From assembly GCA_963843375.1 (NCBI GenBank), contig CAWJKT010000004.1, positions 352,001 through 416,000 of the forward strand: a stretch of DNA of 64,000 nt, in the 5' to 3' direction. The translations under genes were made by a program, and so were the position numbers. The DNA is from an uncultured Pseudomonadota bacterium (GTDB taxonomy: Bacteria; Oederibacteriota; Muellerivitia; Muellerivitales; Muellerivitaceae). The notes beneath the pieces were generated by a model that saw only the letters and a program-made list of their open reading frames with translations, did no database searches and was not told where the DNA came from. This document shows positions 59,137 through 64,000 of the stretch, one piece after another; position 1 is the stretch's first letter, and each line of letters starts with the position of its first letter.

Positions 59137-60396
59137 GTGTCCTACACCTATCAAAATGTTCGGCCGCCCAAGGGCGAAAAAGTTTCAATTAAAAACGGGA
59201 TTTTACAAGTTCCTTACAATCCCATCCTTCCCTTCATTGAGGGGGACGGTACGGGGCCGGATATTTGGCGGGCTTCAGTGCGCGTTTTTGATGCGGCGGT
59301 AGAAAAGGCCTATGGGGGTAAGAAAAAAATTTCATGGTTTGAAGTTTATGCAGGGCAGACCGCTTTCGACAAATTCCAGACTTGGCTACCGGATGATACG
59401 GTGGAAGCTTTTAAGGAATATTTAGTTGGAATTAAAGGCCCCTTAACCACGCCGGTGGGAAAGGGCATTCGTTCGCTGAACGTGGCCTTGCGCCAAATGC
59501 TGGATCTTTATGTTTGCCTGCGTCCGGTCAGTTATTTTACGGGTGTTCCCTCACCCGTGAAGCATCCGGAGAAGGTGAATATGGTAATTTTCCGCGAAAA
59601 CACCGAGGACATTTACGCGGGTATTGAATGGCAAGAAGGAACCCCCGAAGCCAAAAAGGTTATCGAATGGCTTCAGAAAGAAATGGGAGTAAAGAAAATC
59701 CGCTTTCCCCAAACTTCCGGCATCGGTATCAAGCCCGTTTCCCAAGAAGGCACGTCGCGACTAGTTCGGGCGGCCATCTCCTATGCCATCAAGCAAAAGC
59801 GCAAAAGCGTCACCTTTGTCCATAAAGGCAACATTATGAAATTCACCGAGGGCGCTTTTCGTGACTGGGGTTATGAATTGGCCAAGAAAGAATTCGCGGC
59901 GGTGGAATTGGACGGCGGACCCTGGTGCAAAATCCCTGACGGCAAGCCGGGAGCCGGAATTGTCATCAAGGACGCGATCGCCGACATCACCCTCCAGCAG
60001 GTCTTGACCCGACCAGAGGATTTTGACGTCATTGCTACCCTAAACCTGAACGGTGACTATCTGTCTGATGCCCTGGCGGCCCAGGTGGGCGGCATCGGAA
60101 TCGCGCCGGGTGGAAACATCAATTATGTAACTGGCCATGCTATTTTCGAGGCTACCCACGGGACCGCGCCTAAATACGCCAACCTGGACAAAGTCAATCC
60201 AGGTTCGGTCGTCCTATCCGGCGTCATGATGTTGGAATATATGGGTTGGCTGGAGGCTTCCCGAATGATCATCAAATCCCTTGAGAAAACCATCAGCCAA
60301 AAGGTCGTTACTTACGATTTTGCCCGTTTAACTGAAGGGGCGAAGGAAGTGAAATGCTCCGAATTCGCCACCGCAGTAATAGGAAATATGGTTTAA
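59137..60396 (+). CDS. icd: Isocitrate dehydrogenase (dimeric, E. coli type, probably NADP-dependent)
   Basis: [44 protein letters not shown] and [11 protein letters not shown] motifs. Confidence 0.97.
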   Translation: MSYTYQNVRPPKGEKVSIKNGILQVPYNPILPFIEGDGTGPDIWRASVRVFDAAVEKAYGGKKKISWFEVYAGQTAFDKFQTWLPDDTVEAFKEYLVGIKGPLTTPVGKGIRSLNVALRQMLDLYVCLRPVSYFTGVPSPVKHPEKVNMVIFRENTEDIYAGIEWQEGTPEAKKVIEWLQKEMGVKKIRFPQTSGIGIKPVSQEGTSRLVRAAISYAIKQKRKSVTFVHKGNIMKFTEGAFRDWGYELAKKEFAAVELDGGPWCKIPDGKPGAGIVIKDAIADITLQQVLTRPEDFDVIATLNLNGDYLSDALAAQVGGIGIAPGGNINYVTGHAIFEATHGTAPKYANLDKVNPGSVVLSGVMMLEYMGWLEASRMIIKSLEKTISQKVVTYDFARLTEGAKEVKCSEFATAVIGNMV

Positions 60397-60431
60397 ATCA
60401 GTAACTGGATTTGCAACTATTGTATTTAATT

Positions 60432-60472
60432 TAAGGGGAGGCCTTTAATTTCGAGGTCTTCCCTTATTTTTT
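60432..60472 (+). terminator. Probable terminator after icd
   Basis: TAAGGGGAGGCCT...AGGTCTTCCCTTA hairpin followed by TTTTTT. Confidence 0.55.
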
Positions 60473-60480
60473 AGGATCCC

Positions 60481-61110
60481 ATGAAACCCCGTCGCATTAT
60501 CCTCTTCGACCTGGATGGAACCCTCACTTATGGCATTTCCACGACCCGGTTTCTTTTTCGCCGGGCAGGGGATGAGGCTTTTTTCCGATTCCTTGAAAAA
60601 GAATGGCTGGAAGACCGGATGGATCATCTAAGTCTGGCCCAAAAAGTAACCCAACGGATGGTGGGCTGGAAAGTGTCTGATGTGGAACGAACCCTCCATT
60701 TGATCCCAAAGATGAAGGGTATCGGAGAGACGGTGAAGGCCCTGAAAAGCAGAGGCTATTACACGGCTTTGGCTACTCTTGGTTATGAATTGAGCGCCCG
60801 GTATTTCCAAAAACGTTACGGTTTTGATGAAGTGAGTGGAAGCACGATAGAAATCAAACGGGGTTCCATCACCGGCCGGAAACTAAAAATTTTCGAGGAG
60901 CATGAAAAGGCCCTTTACCTCATACGTTTAGCCAGAGCCCATCGCCTGCCCTTATCTAAAACGGTTGCGGTGGGCGACAGCCGGTCCGACCGGGAAGTAT
61001 TCAAGATAGCGGGTTTTCGAATCGCCTTGAATCAAGATGGTTTCCTAAAGAAAATCACGGATGTGGATTTGAAAGCACGGGATATCCGGGTTATCCTCAA
61101 GCACCTATGA
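60481..61110 (+). CDS. HAD-IB phosphatase (phosphoserine phosphatase-like)
   Basis: FDLDGT, conserved Lys and AVGDSRSD motifs. Confidence 0.85.
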   Translation: MKPRRIILFDLDGTLTYGISTTRFLFRRAGDEAFFRFLEKEWLEDRMDHLSLAQKVTQRMVGWKVSDVERTLHLIPKMKGIGETVKALKSRGYYTALATLGYELSARYFQKRYGFDEVSGSTIEIKRGSITGRKLKIFEEHEKALYLIRLARAHRLPLSKTVAVGDSRSDREVFKIAGFRIALNQDGFLKKITDVDLKARDIRVILKHL

Positions 61111-61989
61111 GTTTCCGAAAAAACGGGATTCTCTTCATTCTCTTGAGTGATCTCTTCTTTGGTTTCCTACCAATCTGCGTCAAATGGGCCAACCATCAGG
61201 GTTATCCAGCCCTACAAGCCACTTTTTTTCGGTTCGGTTTCGCCCTGGCAGGAATCCTTTTTCTTGTCGCTTTGGGGTGGCAGAAGATCCTGGTTGTCAA
61301 CCGCAAAGCACTTTTTTGGCGGGGATTTTTTGGAGGCTGGAGCGTTTTCTTTTTTTTCATCACGCTGCAAACCACCACCGCTGCCAAAGCCACGCTTTTT
61401 AATTACACCTATTCCATTTGGGCAAACGTTTTTGACACGGTGGTTTTCCGGCGCCGGCCCCCGAAACATTTTTGGCCTACCCTTCTAATGGCCGCTGTTG
61501 GAGTTTGGCTAGTGCTGGGGATTCATTGGACAGGTTTTAAGTGGGGAGATGCTACCGGCATACTTTCCGGAGTGATGAGTGGGGCCGCAGTTTTGTCTAT
61601 CAAGGAAGCCCGGCGCACGGACAACGCCTTGAGCGTATTTACCAGTTTCTCCTTTTTCGGGTTCATTACCGCAGGTTTGTTCTTATGGTGGGGGCCCGCT
61701 TTGGGAATGGATGTATTGGCCGCTTGGCATGCGCTTGACTGTAGGGGATGGATTACACTTCTTTGCATGGGAATGATCGGGATGTCGGCTCAAGTCCTTT
61801 TTACCCATGGTTACGGCTATACCAGTTTGGCGGTCGGGAGCTCTTCTTTCACTTTTAGTTCCTGTCTTTACCACTTTGTTTGGACTGGCTTTTTTGGGTG
61901 AAGCTTTGACCCCACACTTTGTTCTGGGAACGTTGTTGATTCTAGGGGCTTGTGGGTTTTTAGTGCGGCCGGAAGAACCCCAAGTTTGA
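61107..61989 (+). CDS. DMT/EamA family transporter, one frameshift near 61845
   Basis: About 10 TM helices with an FFRF motif. The last TM pair (SLLVPVF...FLGE) is in ORF 61807. Confidence 0.85.
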
Positions 61990-62161
61990 TCATAAAGGAT
62001 CGTTTTTCAAAAAAAGATGGCGAGCGTTTTACCTGAAATTTTAAGGTTAAGACAAACGATATCCGTTCAACGATTCGAATCCCGGGTCTGTATTTTTCAA
62101 AAGCCGGTGCTATGCTTTCTTATACCCAGAAAACTCTTCGGCTGCAACCAGGAGGATAAAG

Positions 62162-62593
62162 ATGAAAACCGGATGGATTGAAAAATTCCAAGCAGGCCGT
62201 GTGGAAGCGACTCTCAAGGCGGAATTTCGGCTGTTGACTCCGGCGGAGGCCAAGAAATTATTGACCGAGGAATCTTATGGGCAAACTACGGTAAACCAAC
62301 TATCCCAGCTTTCGGAGAGATCCTCCCTCTACCGGGCCATAAATAAAGATATTTTTCGAAGCCATCTGGTATTGCTTAGTCAAAGTCCCTTATCCCAAAG
62401 GGAAAGGGTGGAAATTGTTCTTCATCTTCCCCAGTATGAAACTCCCTTGAGACTTCTGGCTGAAGCGGTCCACGTGGAAATGACTTTGGAAATGGGAAGG
62501 AATCTTTTCCATGGTGATTTACTCTTTCTTGCAATCCACAAAAAAGATGTTGAGGCCTTGGCCCACAGTCTCATTGAAAGCCAAACCGTTTAA
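62162..62593 (+). CDS. Degenerate PilZ-like protein, paralog of the downstream gene
   Basis: Shares GW.EK, EAK.LL, LSE.SSLYRA, LHLP.Y and EMGR.LFH with 62695..63147; AGGAGG SD. Confidence 0.7.
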   Translation: MKTGWIEKFQAGRVEATLKAEFRLLTPAEAKKLLTEESYGQTTVNQLSQLSERSSLYRAINKDIFRSHLVLLSQSPLSQRERVEIVLHLPQYETPLRLLAEAVHVEMTLEMGRNLFHGDLLFLAIHKKDVEALAHSLIESQTV

Positions 62594-62694
62594 AAGTCCA
62601 TAAAATCATTCTGTTTCAATCCGCCCACTGATGAGCCTCCTTTTGGTATCCTAAAGACCGGAAGGAAGTTCCATTTTAAATCTCAGGGTGGCCC

Positions 62695-63147
62695 ATGGGT
62701 TCTAAATCGGGTTGGGTGGAGAAACGACGGCATGAGAGGGTTTTGGCGACATTGAAGATGGAATACCAGGTCGTGAGTGGTCCCGAGGCCAAGGCGCTTC
62801 TAGGCCACGAAAACTATAAACTCACCCAAAAAGAACACCTGCCTGAACTTTCTGAAAAGTCCTCCCTCTACCGCGCGGTCACCAAAGATATTTCTCTGGG
62901 AGGACTGTCTTTGGTAAGTCAGCAGCCTCTCCAAAAAGGAATGCTGCTGGAAATATCGCTGCATCTTCCCAATTATAAGACAAAATTGAAGTTCGTGGCC
63001 GAGATAGTGCATGTGGAAACCACAGTGGAAATGGGGCGCACCCTTTTTCACGCGGGAATCCATACCTTGGCCATCCATAAGGGTGACGTTGACCGCATTG
63101 GTGATTACCTTATTCAACAAAAGGAAACCGGCGGCTTGGCTCCTTGA
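62695..63147 (+). CDS. PilZ domain protein
   Basis: EKRRHERV (RxxxR) and DISLGG (D/NxSxxG) motifs. Confidence 0.85.
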   Translation: MGSKSGWVEKRRHERVLATLKMEYQVVSGPEAKALLGHENYKLTQKEHLPELSEKSSLYRAVTKDISLGGLSLVSQQPLQKGMLLEISLHLPNYKTKLKFVAEIVHVETTVEMGRTLFHAGIHTLAIHKGDVDRIGDYLIQQKETGGLAP

Positions 63148-64000
63148 GTTTGGAACCCACCGCTTTCCAGTTGCCCCGCTGGCGAGGATTCAACATCTTG
63201 GGCAAGTATTCGCTTCACCAACAGCATTTCGGCCCGTTCTTGGAATGGGATTTCCAAAGAATCTCCGAATGGGGATTCAACTTCGTGCGTTTCCCCATGG
63301 ACTACCGTCTTTGGATTAAAGACGGGGACTGGCGCAAAATTAATCCAAATGCTTTCCAAGATCTGGACCAAGCCGTTGAATGGGCCCGTTATTACGGGCT
63401 TCACGTCAGCCTCAATATCCATCGGGCCCCCGGTTATTGCATCAACCTGCCTCAAGAACCTAAGGATTTATGGACCGATCCCGAGCCCCAGGAGATTTGC
63501 GCTTCCCATTGGGGTTTTATCGCCCATCGCTATAGAGGCATTCCGAACAACGAAATGAGTTTTGATCTGTTGAATGAACCCAATGGGGTGGACAACCCCA
63601 CCTATGCCAAAGTGGTGGGCATCCTAGCGGGTGCAATCCGGGCCAAGGATTCCCAAAGGCTTATCATCGCGGATGGTACGGATGTGGGTAACCGCCCGGT
63701 GCCAGAACTAATCCCTCTGAGAATCGCCCAGGCAACCAGGGGTTATCAGCCGATGGAAATTAGCCATTACTTGGCGCCTTGGTCGCCAGGAGGGGGTCAG
63801 TATCCCAAGCCTGTCTGGCCCATGGAAAAGGAAGGGAAAAGGCTGGATAAAGAATGGATGCGGCGGGAATTTATCAGGCCGTGGAAGCAATTGGAGTCGC
63901 AAGGCGTTGGTGTTTTTGTGGGCGAATGGGGGGCATACAACAAGACGCCTCATGAAGTGGTTCTAAACTGGATGAGAGACCATTTAGAACTTTGGAAGGA
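63144..64000 (+). CDS. Glycoside hydrolase family 5 (cellulase family), 3'-truncated by the window edge; missing from the ORF track
   Basis: Manual translation from TTG 63144 gives LPRWRGFN, WGFNFVRFPMDY, HRAPGY, FDLLNEP (acid/base) and VGEWG (nucleophile), open to the window end. Confidence 0.9.
   Translation, partial: MSLEPTAFQLPRWRGFNILGKYSLHQQHFGPFLEWDFQRISEWGFNFVRFPMDYRLWIKDGDWRKINPNAFQDLDQAVEWARYYGLHVSLNIHRAPGYCINLPQEPKDLWTDPEPQEICASHWGFIAHRYRGIPNNEMSFDLLNEPNGVDNPTYAKVVGILAGAIRAKDSQRLIIADGTDVGNRPVPELIPLRIAQATRGYQPMEISHYLAPWSPGGGQYPKPVWPMEKEGKRLDKEWMRREFIRPWKQLESQGVGVFVGEWGAYNKTPHEVVLNWMRDHLELWK

Noticed and set aside
1..64000. CRISPR array, tRNA, rRNA, transposase, integrase or prophage genes
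   Set aside because: I saw no regularly spaced identical repeats, RNA-gene signatures or mobility genes by eye. A covariance-model scan would be needed to exclude small RNAs.

Overview
A gene-dense 64-kb chromosomal segment from a diderm bacterium, judged by its outer-membrane beta-barrels and lipoproteins. It holds housekeeping and metabolic genes (ptsH, two-domain thyX, mqnD, queG, mtnB/mtnD, moeB/moeZ, galK, bcp, icd). It also holds many envelope and secreted-protein genes: four GT-C-type membrane glycosyltransferases, an OafA-like acyltransferase, DipZ, a Sel1-repeat protein, an S53 peptidase with a Thr/Pro linker and a T9SS-like C-terminal domain, a cupredoxin lipoprotein, an S1/P1 nuclease and a GH5 hydrolase. 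Signalling genes include a CHASE3-PAS kinase, three PilZ-type proteins and a degenerate sigma54-type activator. I saw no rRNA, tRNA, CRISPR array, integrase or transposase. About a dozen genes are broken by indels clustered in patches, most likely sequencing or assembly errors, so several features are reconstructed across frames. The most interesting leads are a possible protein O-glycosylation plus C-terminal-sorting system for Thr/Pro-rich surface proteins, a cupredoxin with an unusual C-x2-H-x18-M Cys-rich ligand loop, a MutT-DUF309 fusion, a eukaryote-type MtnB, a galK-coupled nucleotidyltransferase and several intergenic palindromic elements. All family assignments come from motif recognition by eye; no searches were run.
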